From NCBI GenBank assembly GCA_964016885.1, contig OZ024752.1:27156001-27220000 (forward strand): a DNA stretch of 64,000 nt, given 5' to 3'. The notes under the pieces are model-generated. The model did no database searches. It was given only the letters and a program-made list of their open reading frames with translations, and had not been told where the DNA came from. Origin of the DNA: Eledone cirrhosa (lineage: Eukaryota). This document shows, piece by piece, positions 37,699 to 53,800 of this stretch (positions are counted from its first letter, which is position 1; each line of letters starts with the position of its first letter). The translations under genes were made by a program, and so were the position numbers.

Positions 37699-39842
37699 AA
37701 TGAAAAATAACAGGTAGACATCATAAAAAGGTAATTTATTCCGTGTGCTTACAAATGTTTCCACGGTGGTACTACAGCCTAGTTATGCTATGTGCAAATT
37801 TACAAGAATTTGCAGAACTCAAATATCCAATACTGTGACCACTGTATCCTCAGAGCAGAATGGTAAAATGTACAATGTAAATACCCTTAAGTGGGGTTGT
37901 TGTGGAAGATAGAGTAGGAAAGGAAGAGAGAAAAAAAAGTAGGGGAGAGGGAGAGAGAGAGAAAGATATGCAGGGGTTGGAGAAGTAGCAGAGAGTGGTT
38001 TGTAGATATCTTAATCAAAATGTTGTGGTAGGGGTTTTATTATACTGGTTACTTTTGGAGAGATGCGTTGATAGTTAAGGTCGGAATTATTTATTGCCCC
38101 AGAGGGCAGGTTCATAGATGTGGAGAGGGAGGTAGGCCAAAGGCGAGAGAGAGAGAGTGTAATGGATGTAGAGAGAGAGGTAGAGAGGGGACAGACGAAG
38201 TTTATGTGGTGAGTGAACTTTGGGTTTGTAGTAGTAATCTGTGAATTGCACTGAGTTACCATTTATAGTGATAAGCAGTGTATTGTCTTGTAGTGTTGGT
38301 GGAAGAGAGGGTGGTTAGCGAGAAAGCGATGTTATAGTTACGGGTTCGAATGTTAAGTTATTTTATAGTGAGAGAATTTAGCTTTTAGTTTGTGGTTGCA
38401 GTATAATGATCGTTCAATTCTATCGTTAAGTAGTTTGTTTTGGGATTTTAATATGTAAAAGAGTTCAAGGTTACATAACCTGCAGTATTTCAATCCACTC
38501 CGATATGCACTTGCGCTGGAAAGTATATCCCATTTTAAGGTGAACTGTTGGTTGCGTTCACGGAGTTGCCAGGTCTTGTTGGCGAGCGTGCTCACAAAAC
38601 GGTGATTAGGATGTTTGATTGAGAATCGATGACGGTACCAGCGAGATTTAAACGAGGTGGTAGTAGATCCGATATAATACCATTTCTGGTCGTTCGATTC
38701 AACCGTGCATTGGTAAACAATGTTGGACTTTAGGCATTCATTCTTCAATGAACATCTTTCAGGTAGATGGCAGTTACATTCTTTGTGTGGGTAGCGGGTA
38801 TACCATGGATAGGTTGTGATAGCGGTACAGGTGGATTGTGTAATACCCGTCTCCCATTTAGTGGTTGGGAGGCATAATATTACGTTCTGCCCATCTGTTA
38901 CTAAAATGTTTTGTTTTGTAGAGTTGTTTAATTGCCTTAAGTTAAGTTTTTTTTATGTATGCTTCAAGGTTTGGTTCTGTGGAGTATGATAGTCTAATAG
39001 TTTTAGAGTTCAGAATTTTGCTGTATTTATAGGAACTAGGGAAATGTTTGTTGATTAACTTAAAGAATGAAAGAGATATTGTTGTACTATTCGAGGCATT
39101 AAAAATAGGATTGTACCAGATATACTTTCTACAACGTGATTTATTTAGTGGTGATTTTCTATTATTAGTATGTCTGGTAGTACTGTCTGTGTGCGCTTGT
39201 ATTTTAGTCTCCCGGTTACATATTCCTTGATTTCGTGTAGAGCTATGTGTGTTATGGAAATTCCTATCAATGTGGGTATGGAGTGAGTATGGGCATACCA
39301 ACGGGTCTTAAAGTTGTTGGAGGTCATGCCGATGTAAGATTTTTGCAATCATCGGTGCCTGAGATGACATCGCATTTGTATACGATATCATTTGTGAGGC
39401 ATTTGTTTTCAAGTGGGCATGCTTCCTTATTTAGGCAATTACACAGAGCCCCAGTCCGGGGATTGGGTTCGGAGGTGGTTGGCTTATTGGATTTTTTAGA
39501 ATTCTGGTTGGCTATATTCCTAGCTAGGTTAGGTGTGGTGGAGTAGGAGAGTCTTGTTGTGTTCTTATTAAAGATGGTGTGGTACCTATGTTGTATGGGG
39601 AAGTGTAATTTCAGCAAAGTGAAGAAAATCCTAGCTATCGGTGTAGAGACATCTCTATTGAAGGGAGGGTTGTACCAGCTAATCTGCTTATGCCTATTCC
39701 TCCTCTGCAATCTTGCGGTGGTTTCTAGGTATGTTATCTTTTCTTTAAATCCGCTGCGGGCGAGGGCGTCATTGTAGTAGGAGGCAGATGCGTTAAAAAG
39801 GAGAGGCCAGATATTCTAATAGAGACGCTTTTTACTAGGTTT
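37697..39842 (-). mobile_element. Decayed PLE with two tandem GIY-YIG segments
   Basis: ORF pieces 39324-39710 (WYNPPF..CNC..CPL..IVY), 39145-39348 (SYIGMT), 38942-39301 (WYNP), 38353-38748 (IVY..YYIG..CRLC); HHR at 37746-37857. Confidence 0.78.
37746..37857 (-). ncRNA. Type I HHR with ~90-nt stem II
   Basis: Minus strand tgct CTGAGGA tacagtggt...accaccgtg GAAA catttg TA agca. Confidence 0.65.
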
Positions 39843-39848
39843 TATATA

Positions 39849-40697
<849 letters not shown>

Positions 40698-40871
40698 CAT
40701 ATATACATATATTTATATAAAGACTAAAATCCAAATTATCGTCTTCTGTCTTCCTCCGGTTGCAACGTTTTTTAAAATATTCACTTCTGCGTTCACAGAT
40801 TGACTTGTTAGTTTCAGAAGATCCCGTTAAGGGTGAAAGCAGCTATTTTTTGCTTAAACTTTAATCTGTTA

Positions 40872-40907
<36 letters not shown>

Positions 40908-41017
40908 TGTGTCTATATATATATATACATATATATATACATGTATATATATGTGTATGTGTGTGTATGTATATATATACACACACACATATATATGTGT
41001 GTGTGTATATATATATA

Positions 41018-41052
<35 letters not shown>

Positions 41053-41797
41053 GGATACTTAGTAAAATCGAATCTCTGGCGGTTTGCAAGAAAATTCGGG
41101 CTACTATATGAAATGAATTATCAAAGCACTCGATAAGGTATATATATATATATAACAGGACTCGTGCACATGGACTGAACAGAGTCTGATTTACCGCCTT
41201 GGGTCCTGTTTCCCTCATGGATTCAACTCCTCTCCCAAATTTCTTTAATACTCCGTCCGTTATCACACACGCGCTTGTACATTCGCCCCTAGATTCCTAT
41301 GGCTCTCTTGTGGTCAGAAACATATTCTTTTACAGCTAATACAGACCAACATAATATACATGAATGGACCTGTTATTTTTATCTAACGACATTTTTTTAG
41401 ATTCCACCTCGCCCGTCCCTTCTATCTATCTTATTTCTCATTCTTTCTCCCGATGAAGAACTAGCGTCCGAAACGTTAAGCCCCCCTTCCTGCTATTTCA
41501 AGCGTTAACCCAATATATTCCTTCCATATAGTGTACCGATTGTGTTAATTCTGTTTACATTTTAAATATATGTTTATATATATATAACTTTAATCTGTTA
41601 TATATATATATATATATATATAAACGGAAAAAATGAAACGAAATTTCATTTCTCACTCTTAGTACGGCTGTTACTTAAATATAAGTATATATACGTACAT
41701 ACATATAAGTATACAGACGTACAGTAGTATGTATATATATATATACATACATGCACACATATATATATGTACGTATACATACTTATATGTGTATATA

Positions 41798-41886
<89 letters not shown>

Positions 41887-41945
41887 ATATATATGTATTT
41901 ATATATATATATTCATACACACATATGCATATATATATGTGTATG

Positions 41946-42016
<71 letters not shown>

Positions 42017-42036
42017 CAGGATATATATATACACAT

Positions 42037-42642
42037 GTCAGGTCACCAGTTGGTGTTACTGGTAACATGTATCCCAGTACAACCTGTCCCATGGTGGGGT
42101 CGTTGGCGACTAAACTGGCAACCCCACCAAGGTTTCTTGGCGAGGAGGGTGATTTTGGACACCATGCAGGACTAAAAACAAAACCTGTCAAAAGGCAAAG
42201 GAGCTCTTAAGAGTCAATGGCCATCCAAAATCACCGGGAGAGATGACCCCTTGGCCTTTGTCAAGGCAGAATTCTAGCAGAAGGAAAACTCTGATATAAC
42301 ACCTGCAACCCTGATGTATCCAATGATGTTGACTTGTTCTTCTTTTTGGTAAATATCATCTTGGTTCAGAGAGTGGGACTGGCTTTGTGCAGTGCCTTTG
42401 CTCACTATAAAAGCTTCACGGCACAGCATTGCTTTATATCTGGAGATCTCTCTGCACTTGTCATCACATGGTACCATGGGCCCAGCACTATGTATCAATA
42501 ATTGTCACAAGTGTAGTGTTTGTACCAGAGTTTTCAAGTCGCTGGCTGGACTAAAAAGTCACACTAGTTCAGCGCATCGGTAGGGGTTCTCCTACATGGA
42601 TATAAAGTAGTGGCCGTACTCGAAAACGAGTTGGCAGCCACC
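42037..42642 (+). mobile_element. Non-autonomous bipartite RTE derivative
   Basis: RTE-type 5' UTR motif (gaaggaaaactctgat) joined to a C2H2-coding end (CSVCTRVFKSLAGLKSH...HR*) and short tail; second copy 45161-45768. Confidence 0.65.
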
Positions 42643-43170
42643 ATATATATATATATATATGTATATTTTATATATATACACATATATATATATACACACA
42701 CGCATATACGAGTGTATGAGTATGTATGTGTGTGTTACAAATTAAATCTATTTGTAGGAATCTACTTAATATTTCCTAATGTTCTATCCAATGTTTTATG
42801 TAAGTTTTAGTTCCATTACTGTGTTCTATGTTATCTTCTTCAAAAATGGTAATATTCTGAGAACGGTTTAAGAACAATATTCTTTTAATATTTAATACCA
42901 AATTATCCAGCTGTTTTTATACATTAGTTTAGTGTTCATGTGTTGACCTTTATTGCAAGTCAGTTTACATAACTCCATCATAATCCTCATCATCATCATC
43001 ATCGTCCTTGATGACATCACTATCTTATCGTTTTTACGTTCTCTTTTCCATACCGGCTTGGATTGGATGGTGAATTGTGTACGCGCATACAGACACACAC
43101 AGATACACAGACACACAGACACACTCACGCAGACACACACACACAAAACACACAGACACACACCCGCACG

Positions 43171-43202
<32 letters not shown>

Positions 43203-43278
43203 CATAAATATATAGATATCCATGCAAACACATAAACACACACACACAACCGCAAACACTCATGTATGTATGTATGCA

Positions 43279-44005
<727 letters not shown>

Positions 44006-44069
44006 TGTATGTATGTATGTATGTATGTATGAATGTATGCATGTATGTATGTTCAGACCTTTAGTATTA

Positions 44070-44460
44070 CCTTTTACGACATCCTTAAACCGGTTTCTTG
44101 GTCTGTACTCTGTCCTTTTTACTTTGGTTAGCTCCCCATAAAATACCTGTCTGACAATGTGACCAGTCTACCGCATCTGGTTCAAAATTATGCTTCTCTC
44201 AATGCTGGTGCTGCCCGCTTTTTCACGTAGAACCGTACCATATGTGTAAGGACGTACGGGATGCGGCTGATACAATCCTGATGAAACCTTTCCAAATACT
44301 TGATATATGATATCTGTAAATGTACACGTTTTGCACCCGTATAGCTTGGCGGTAAGAACACAGGCCTCATAAACGAAGATCTTCGTCTTTAGTGCTACCC
44401 CGATCTGACAAGACTCGCTTCACGAGTTTCCCAGAATCAAGACTAACTTTTGCAATCCAG
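44070..44460 (-). mobile_element. Degenerate RTE fragment
   Basis: Minus strand QMR*TGHIVRQVFYGELTKVKRTEYRPRNRFKDVVK resembles the RTE thumb. Confidence 0.55.
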
Positions 44461-44519
44461 CGATGTATTTGTGTATCATGGATACCATTTCTACTAAATA
44501 TTATTTCGAGGTACACAAA

Positions 44520-44712
44520 GGCGGTAGATTGGCAGTATCGGTAGAGAGTCGGACGCCATGCTTTGACGCATAGAGTTACGTCCCTTGCTAATCTGAGTTC
44601 AAATCCCGCCGAGGTTAACTTTGCCTTTCATCCTTACGGGGTCTATAAAATAAAAGTACCAGTAATGCACTGGGTAATTTGCTGGCCTTGTGCCAAACGT
44701 AGAAACAATTAT
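44520..44712 (+). mobile_element. SINE family A with ~21-bp TSD
   Basis: attatttcgaggtacacaaag on both sides. Confidence 0.85.
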
Positions 44713-45160
44713 TTCGAGGTACACAAAGCACTTCAAGTTCGTCCCCTCCCACGAAAATATCATATTCTGTTTAATATTATTGAATCCAAGGAAACCGTTT
44801 ATGTATGTGATAAAAAAATAATTTTAAAGATTTGTTAATTGAAATGAATAACTGCGAGGCATTGACTGAAAACTGTACATCACATAGAAAGATTATCATG
44901 AATAGATGTGATAGCTTTTGGCAAAGGTGAGTGTAGGCAAGACCCAAGAATACAACCTATAGAAATCCATCATGAATTGAAGTGCAATGTGTGTGGATGA
45001 TTTTTTCTCTCAAGCGCTGGATTCGTCCATCATCTATACTGACATGAGCTAGAAAGATATCGAACTATTTATGAAATAGTTCAATGTTCAAGAATGCGAT
45101 GGCGATCTTCTAACAAGTAGCAATCAACATGTATGTGTGTATATATATATATGTATGTAT

Positions 45161-45768
45161 GTCAGGTCACCATTTGGTGCTACTGGTAATATGTATCCCA
45201 GTACAACGTGTCTCATGGTCGGGTCGTTGGCGACTAAACTGGCAACCCCACCAAGGTTTCTTGGTGGGGAGGGTGACTTTGGACATCCTGCAGGACTAAA
45301 AACAAAACCTGTCAAAGGGCAAAAGAGCTCTTAAGAATCAATGGCCATCCAAAATCACCGGGAGAGATGACCCCTTATCCTTTGTCAAGGCAGAATTCTA
45401 GGAGAAGGAAAACTCTGATATAACACCTGCAACTCTGATGGTATCCAATGATGTTGACTTGTTCTTCTTTTTGGTAAATATCATCTTGGTTAAGAGAGTG
45501 GGACTGGCTTTGTGCAGTGCCTTTGCTCATTATAAAAGCTTCACGGCACAGGCATTGCTTTATATCTGGAGATCTCTCTGCACTTGTCGTCACATGGTAC
45601 CATGGGCCTAGCACTATGTATCAATAATTGTCACAAGTGCAGTGTTTGTACCAGAGTTTTCAAGTCGCTGGCTGGACTAAAAGTCACACTCATTCAGCGC
45701 ATCGGTAGGAGTTCTCCTACATGGATATAAAGTAGTGGCCGTACTCGAAAACGAGTTGACAGCCACCA
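45161..45768 (+). mobile_element. Non-autonomous bipartite RTE derivative (copy 2)
   Basis: Colinear with 42037-42642 end to end; (ATGT)n flanks. Confidence 0.65.
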
Positions 45769-45926
45769 TGTATGTATGTATGTATGTATGGTTATGTCGG
45801 GTCACTCTAGGGTGCTACAGGTAACAGGTAACCCATCACAACCTGTCGCAGTGTCGCTTCGTCGGCGACTAAACCGACAACCCCACCAAGTTTACTTGAT
45901 GAGGAGGAGGGAGGAGAAGGATGACG

Positions 45927-46077
45927 AGAAGAAGAAGAAGAAGAAGAAGAAGAAGAAGAAGAAGAAGAAGAAGAAGAAGAAGAAGAAGAAGAAGAAGAAG
46001 AAGAAGAAGAAGAAGAAGAAGAAGAAGAAGAAGAAGAAGAAGAAGAAGAAGAAGAAGAAGAAGAAGAAGAAGAAGAA
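45927..46077. repeat. (AAG)n microsatellite, left border of the R4/Dong array
   Basis: Direct reading. Confidence 0.95.
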
Positions 46078-47661
46078 ATGCGCCAAAGCAACGTTCACCA
46101 GAGGAAAGCTGCTGAAGAGTTCAGACATTAATCTTGATCGGGGGAACGTGATAAGAGAACTTGAACGAGAAAAAACTTACAAATATCTAGGTGTTTGTGA
46201 AGGAGACGGAATCAAGCACTCGACAATGAGGCAAAGGATAAGGAAGGAATGTTACCGCAGAGTAAGAGCAATCTTAAGAACGGAATTGAATGCAAGGAAT
46301 AGGATCGATGCCATAAACACGTTTGCCATACCAGTAGTAACCTACAGTTACAATGTCATCAACTGGTAAAGCACAGAGATCCGTAGGCTCGATACAAAAA
46401 TTCGAAAATTCTTAACCATGCACAGAATGCATCACCCTAAGGCAGATATAGATAGAATATATCTCCCTAGGAAAGAAGGAGGACGTGGGTTAAACCAGTT
46501 AGACATTGCGTTGAAAAATGCAACAATTGGATTATCTACATATCTAAGGGAATCACATGATTGGATGATCAAACTCGTTTTGAAACACGAAAGCACCAAA
46601 AGATCATATTCCATTACAAAAGATGCACAAAGATACAGTAATGGACTACATATTTCAGAAGTCCCATTTACTGCTGAAATGGATAACACAGAAAAAGCAA
46701 AGCAGGTAAAAGTAACTGCAAAGAAAGAACTGCTACAGAAACTGGCTAAGAAATGGCAAGAAAAGCCTCTGTATGGAAAATACCCAGAGCGAGCTAACAA
46801 TCCTGATGTTGACAAAACTTTAACCCATCAGTGGTTGGCATCCTCTGGACTGAAATCGGAGACTGAAGGACTGATTATATCAGCACAAGATCAGTGTCTG
46901 CCAACAAAAAATTACCAAGCCAACATAATAAAAAATGGATGCAGCCCATTATGCCGTGTATGCAAAAAACAACCAGAGACCATTGACCATATAATTTCAA
47001 TGTGCAGTCCTATAGCTCCAACCGAATACCTAAACAGGCATGACAGAGCTGCACAATACATACATTGGATGATGTGTAAGCATTTTGACCTGCCCCATCA
47101 AAAGAATTGGTGGGAGCATCAACCACCTCCCATACTTGAAAAAGATCACATCTCAATCTTGTGGAACTTTAGCATCCAAACTGACTGAAAAATAGATGCA
47201 AATAGACCTGATATAATATTGAAGGACTTTAAAAAGAGGGTATGCCTGCTAATTGATATGTCTGTTCCAATAGACAAGCATGTATCTATAAAAACATTTG
47301 AAAAATTGAGCAAGTATAAGGACCTGGAGATAGAAATTGGAAAAATGTGGAAATTGAGAACTAAAACAATACCAGTGGTTGTAGGCGCTCTGGGAATGAT
47401 ACCTAAGGGGTCTAATGATTACTTATCGCAAATCCCAGGAAACCCGCGTATAGGAGAAATACAAAAGATAGTACTAATGGGAACTGCCCATATACTAAGG
47501 AAGATTCTGTCAATATAAGTAGATCACAAGTCTAAACACTAAAGATGCATGTGTGAGTATGTATGTTCTTTCTTGAACATGGCGGACCTTGTTGTCTCTT
47601 GAGGTCACTGGTTGTGACTTGGTGATAACTCGTATGAACATAAAGCAAGATAAATGCAACT

Positions 47662-47746
<85 letters not shown>
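46078..47746 (+). mobile_element. R4/Dong-like non-LTR element family A, 5'-truncated, (TAA)n tail
   Basis: YKYLG, CRVC..ETIDHI..C, RHD, NRPDII..D..K RLE motifs; in-frame stops at 46367 and 47186; ends 47518, 3' UTR, (TAA)n 47663-47746. Confidence 0.85.
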
Positions 47747-50408
47747 GACATTGGAAAGCTTGAGTCACTACTGAATGGGACACTAAAAAACATAGGCACT
47801 AAAAATAGACTGGAAATAAAGTACAAAACTAGGAGGAAAAAGCTAAATATTATCATAGAGGAACTGAAGCAACGCATTGTAGCAAAGAGTGCAAAAATCA
47901 GGCGATACGAGAACAGAGTCAGTCAGTATAGACAGAACCGCATGTTCGACAACAACCAGAAGATGTTGTTTGGACAGCTTGAAGGGAAAGAAAGAGGCAA
48001 CGACTTGATCCCTGAGGCGGAACAAACTAAAACATTCTGGAGAGGAATATGGGAGCAGGATGTTAAACATAATGACCAGGCAGAAGGAGATCAGTGAACA
48101 GGCACACCAACAAACTGATTTGAGTATCACAGTTGAAACTCTTAAGGGGCAGGCCAAAAATCTAACCAACTGGAAATCACCAGGCCCAGATGGTGTGCAG
48201 GGGTATTGGATTAAAAATATAACATCCCTCCACCCGAAACTGACAACCATGTTCAATGACTGCTTGATGTCAGGTGAGGTACCAGAGTGGTTGACAAAAG
48301 GTACCACAGTTCTGATAATGAAAGACCGAATCAAGGGTAATGGTGTTACCAACTATAGACCTATCACATGTCTGTCCGTAATGTGGAAACTGTTGACAAG
48401 CATTATGTCTGAAGAAATCTACCATCACCTCCACACAAACAACTTGTTACCGGACGAACAGAAAGGATGCCGAAAGAAGTCACGTGGTACAAAGGACCAG
48501 TTACTTATTGATAAGATGGTAATGAGGAATTGCAAGAGGAGGCACACTGGTCTTGCCATGGGATGGATAGACTACAAAAAGGCATATGACATGGTGCCTC
48601 ATTCTTGGATCACCAAAAGCCTGGAGATCTTCAAGGTGGCAGATAACATCAGACAGTTGTTGGGCAAAAGTATGAAGTCCTGGGAAACAGAGTTAACATC
48701 AACTGGAGAATCCTTGGGAAGCGTGAAGATCAAGAGCGGTATCTTCCAGGGAGATAGTCTGTCCCCTCTGTTGTTTGTCCTTGCCCTGATGCCCTTGACC
48801 ATTATGCTGCGAAAAGTGAGAGCAGGATACACGTTGGGAAGGGGAGAGCTTACCATCAATCACCTCCTCTTCATGGACGATCTTAAGCTCTTCGGGAAAA
48901 GTGAGAAGGAGTTGGATGTGCTTGTTGACACTGTCCGTATTTTCAGCAGTGATATATGTATGCAGTTTGGTATTGGTAAATGTGGAGTCATTGTGATGAA
49001 GAGGGGTAGGTTGAGCAGAAGTAACGGGATCCAGATACCAACAGGTGAGATGATAAAGGAAATTGACTCTGAGGAAGGATACAAGTATTTGGGCGTTCTG
49101 GAGGCTGATGGCATAAAGAACAAAAAAATGAAGGAATTGTTAAGAACTGAATACATTCGGAGAGTAAGGAGCGTATTGAAGTCACATCTGAACAGCAGAA
49201 ATGCCATAAGCGCAGTAAATTCCCGAGCTGTGTCTATTATTAGGTACAGTGCGGGAATTCTGAGATGGAATGTTGCTGAACAAAAAGAAATGGATAGGAA
49301 GACTAGGAAGCTATTGACTATCTACAACATGTTCCACAAGAGGAGTGATGTCGATAGACTCTACCTAAGGAGATCTGAGGGTGGAAGAGGTCTTATCAGC
49401 ATAGAGGACTGTGTTCAGATGGAGAAAAACAAACCTATACAAATACGTGACCTATAGTAAGGAGCCAATGCTCAGAGCTGTACTGAAGGAGGGGACAGTA
49501 GGCCAGGGGATATCCAAGGAGGAAATAACATCAAGGAGGAAGAGCAGCCTTAACGGAAAATCCCTTCATAGTACCTTCTTTGAGAAAACTGAATTTAGAG
49601 ATCCACAGACATGGAACTGGTTGAGAAGAGGAGACCTCAAAAAGGCTACAGAAGGAATGCTAATGGCTGCGCAGGAGCAGGCCCTCAAAACGAAGTGGTT
49701 GAAGCACCATATCTACAAGGAGGAGGCTAGCCCACTGAGCAGGATCTGTGGAGAGAGAGAGGAGACTGTGGCTCACATTGTGTCCGAGTGTAAACACCTA
49801 GCCCAGACCCACTATAAGGGCTGGAGACACGATGTGATGGGCAGGGTGATCCACTGGCACCTGTGCAAAGTAAACAATCTACCACATTCTGAGAAATGGT
49901 ATGAGCATAGGCCAGAGGCGGTGATGGAGAACAGTCAGGTGAAGGTGCTGTGGGATTTTAGGATACAGACGGACAAAAAACTGGAACACAATAGACCTGA
50001 CCTGGTGGTTGTGGACAAAGAAAAAAGATCGTGCCTGATTGTGGATGTGGCCTGCCCGTTCGACACGAGAGTGCAAGAGAAGGAGAGGGAGAAAATTAAC
50101 CGATACCAGGACCTAAAGTGGGAGGTGAAAAGGATTTGGAACTGCCATGAAGTCAAAGTGATCCCGATTGTCATAGGCGCACTGGGGACTATCTCCAAAG
50201 GTTTCCAGGGATGGTTAAAGAAAATCGGCCCCTTCACGCTTTTTGGAACGCTTCAAAAGGCATGCTTGCTTGGAACAGCAAGAACCCTCCGATACGTCCT
50301 GAATATCTGAGGCTGCAGGTAGTGGCTTGATATTCAATCCAACGGACTTTCCAGTTAACCAACATCAATGACTGAGATTCAAGGAATAATAATAATAATA
50401 ATAATAAT
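47747..50408 (+). mobile_element. R4/Dong-like family B, 5'-truncated, (TAA)n tail
   Basis: ORFs 48060-49457 (RT: KSPGPD, DYKKAYD, GIFQGDSLSP, FMDD) and 49411-50310 (zinc knuckle, NRPDLVV RLE). Confidence 0.88.
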
Positions 50409-50849
50409 CACCGCTACAGCACCATCACTACAGTAATACGGTCACATCACCGCCACCACTGCCTCGGTATCGACATCACCACCACCACTGTCTCATTATC
50501 GCTACCGCCGCCAGTCCCCCACTTCTCCCAGCTGGTTGCTGCCACCACATTATAGAATTCCTACTACTGAAAAAGAGGAAGGCATCAAAATATATAGATA
50601 GACTCAAAAGAAAAAAGAAAAAACAAACAACAAAACCAAAGCAGCACAGCAACAACAGCAAAAAACGAGAAAAACAAACAGAGAAAAACAAAAACAAAAA
50701 AAAAACAAAAAACGTAAAGAAAATAAGAATGAAGAGAGAAGCAGGCGGACGGACAGAGAAGAGGGGGGAAAAACTAAAACTAAAAAAACAAAAACTAAGT
50801 CAGACATTCGAACACTACATTACAATGAAACTTATGCTTATTCATTTTT

Positions 50850-53800
50850 GGGGCCCTTTCTGCCTGTGTGTTTGTTTGTTTATGTGTGTTCGTATACAGC
50901 GTGGTGATAATGCCACACAAGGGCCAAGTGGAACGGCGAATCCACAGATGGCTATGTAACCATACATTCGCCAATCCTCGATAAGAGTGTTTAAATATCG
51001 AACATAAACAGTTCGAATAACGGTGAAATGGAGACTAGAACGTCATGTGACAGACTCTCACCCAACAGGTGCCCCCTGGCTCAGCAGCAGGAACCTGACT
51101 GTCAACCAAATACTGCTGATGTTGGAGGAAGAAGAAGAAGGAAAGGGGCCAGAACCAACTGGACGAAATAATTGAATAGAACTGTTATGCAATGTTACCT
51201 GAAAAGTAACCCCAAGGAGAGGGGCTACAGGACAAGGATGCATAACATCTGGAACGAGATTGGTTTATTTAAATTAGATGAACAAAAATTGGCCGGGCAG
51301 GCTCGGGTAATAAGAACTAATGGGTGGATAAGCGAGCTGGAACTGGAGGAACTGAGCAGAGAGAATGGCTTGGAGATGGCGGGTGTAGTATGCCAGACAA
51401 GCGAGCCAGTGGGAAATGAAGGTGAAGAGGTCCTGAGAACGGAGGGACCACCCGAAGCAGACAATGATCTGAATACTGAGATAAATAATACCTGGAACAG
51501 AGATACGGCCACTGAGGAGATGAATGCTGACGGGCTAGGACAAGATTCGGTTGACATCCTAAATTTAGTGGTAGATGAATTGAACAATGATAGTGGGAGA
51601 CCTATGAACCTAAGATATGTAGACAGGAAAAAGTTAAAAGAAACAACAGCTAAGGTAAACAAAGTCATCCCATACCTTGAGGCGAGGAGCCTTCACCAGT
51701 GCAACAATATACTCAAAGCAACAGCAAATACGGTGAGGAAACTACTTGGTATAAAAGCGAGAGGAAACAACAGACAAGAAAGAGCAGAGCCGTGGTGGAA
51801 GAAGCGACTGAGTGGTCAAATCGGGGAAATGAGAAATGACATAGGAAAGCTTGAGTCACTACTGAATGGGACACTAAAAAACATAGGCACTAAAAATAGA
51901 CTGGAAATAAAGTACAAAACTAGGAGGAAAAAGCTAAATATTATCATAGAGGAACTGAAGCAACGCATTGTAGCAAAGAGTGCAAAAATCAGGCGATACG
52001 AGAACAGAGTCAGTCAGTATAAACAGAACCGCATGTTCGACAACAACCAGAAGATGCTGTTTGGACAGCTTGAGGGGAAAGAAAGAGGCAACGACTTGAT
52101 CCCTGGGGCGGAGCAAACTAAATCGTTCTGGAGAGGAATATGGGAGCAGGATGTTAGACATAATGTCCAGGCAGGGTGGATTGAGACAGTACAGAGGGAG
52201 ATCGGTGGGCAGGCACAACAACAAACTTATTTGAGTATCACAGTTGAAACTCTTAAGGGGCAGGCCAAAAAACTAACCAACTGGAAATCACCAGGCCCAG
52301 ATGGTGTGCAGGGGTATTGGATTAAACATTTAACATCCCTCCACCCGAAGCTGACGGCCATGTTCAATGACTGCTTGGTGTCGGGTGAGGTGCCAGAGTG
52401 GTTGACAAAAGGTACCACAGTTCTGGTAATGAAGGTCCGAATCAAGGGTAATGATGTTACCAAATATAGACCTATCACATGTCTGTCCGTAATGTGGAAA
52501 CTGTTGACGAGCATTATGTCTGAAGAAATCTACCATCACCTCCACACAAACAACTTGTTACCGGACGAACAGAAAGGATGCCGAAAGAAGTCACGTGGTA
52601 CAAAGGGCCAGTTACTTATTGATAAGATGGTAATGGGGAATTGCAGGAGGAGACACACTGATCTTGCCATGGGATGGATAGACTACAGAAAGGCATTTGA
52701 CATGGTGCCTCATTCTTGGGTCACCAAAAGCCTGGAGATCTTCAGGGTGGCAGATAACATCAGACAGTTGTTGGGCAAAAGTATGAAGTCCTGGGAGACA
52801 GAGTTGACATCAACTGGAGTATCCTTGGGAAGCGTGAAGATCAAGAGAGGTATCTTCCAGGGAGATAGCCTGTCCCCTCTGTTGTTTGTCCTTGCCCTGA
52901 TGCCCTTGACCATTATGCTGCGAAAGGTGAGAGCAGGATACAAGTTGGGAAAGGGAGGGCTTACCATCAATCACCTCCTCTTCATGGACGATCTTAAGCT
53001 CTTCGGGAAAAGTGAGAAGGAGTTGGATGTGCTTGTTGACACTGTCCGTATTTTCAGCAGTGATATATGTATGCAGTTTGGTATTAGTAAATGTGGAGTC
53101 ATTGTGATGAGGAGGGGTAGGTTGAGCAGAAGTAACGGGATCCAGATACCAACAGGTGAGATGATAAAGGAAATTGACTCTGAGGAAGGATACAAGTATT
53201 TGGGCGTTCTGGAGGCTGATGGCATAAAGAACAAAAAAATGAAGGAATTGTTAAGAACTGAATACATTCGGAGAGTAAGGAGCGTATTGAAGTCACATCT
53301 GAACAGCAGAAATGCCATAAGCGCAGTAAATTCCCGAGCTGTGTCTATTATTAGGTACAGTGCGGGAATTCTGAGATGGAATGTTGCTGAACAAAAAGAA
53401 ATGGATAGGAAGACTAGGAAGCTATTGACTATCTACAACATGTTCCACAAGAGGAGTGATGTCGATAGACTCTACCTAAGGAGATCTGAGGGTGGAAGAG
53501 GTCTTATCAGCATAGAGGACTGTGTTCAGATGGAGAAAAACAAACCTATACAAATACGTGACCTATAGTAAGGAGCCAATGCTCAGAGCTGTACTGAAGG
53601 AGGGGACAGTAGGCCAGGGGATATCCAAGGAGGAAATAACATCAAGGAGGAAGAGCAGCCTTAACGGAAAATCCCTTCATAGTACCTTCTTTGAGAAAAC
53701 TGAATTTAGAGATCCACAGACATGGAACTGGTTGAGAAGAGGAGACCTCAAAAAGGCTACAGAAGGAATGCTAATGGCTGCGCAGGAGCAGGCCCTCAAA

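Noticed and set aside
40813-40847. CAGAAGA..GAAA hammerhead-like string
   Set aside because: Core mutated and no stem I
41448-41482. CCGATGAAG...CGAAACGTT hammerhead-like string
   Set aside because: Stems I and II do not pair; at most a dead PLE remnant
42037-42125. HDV-like ribozyme at the 5' end of the RTE derivative
   Set aside because: A P4-like hairpin and CTAA are present but I could not build P1, P3 or L3
45776-46369. Poly-lysine protein
   Set aside because: (AAG)n read in frame into a truncated retrotransposon ORF
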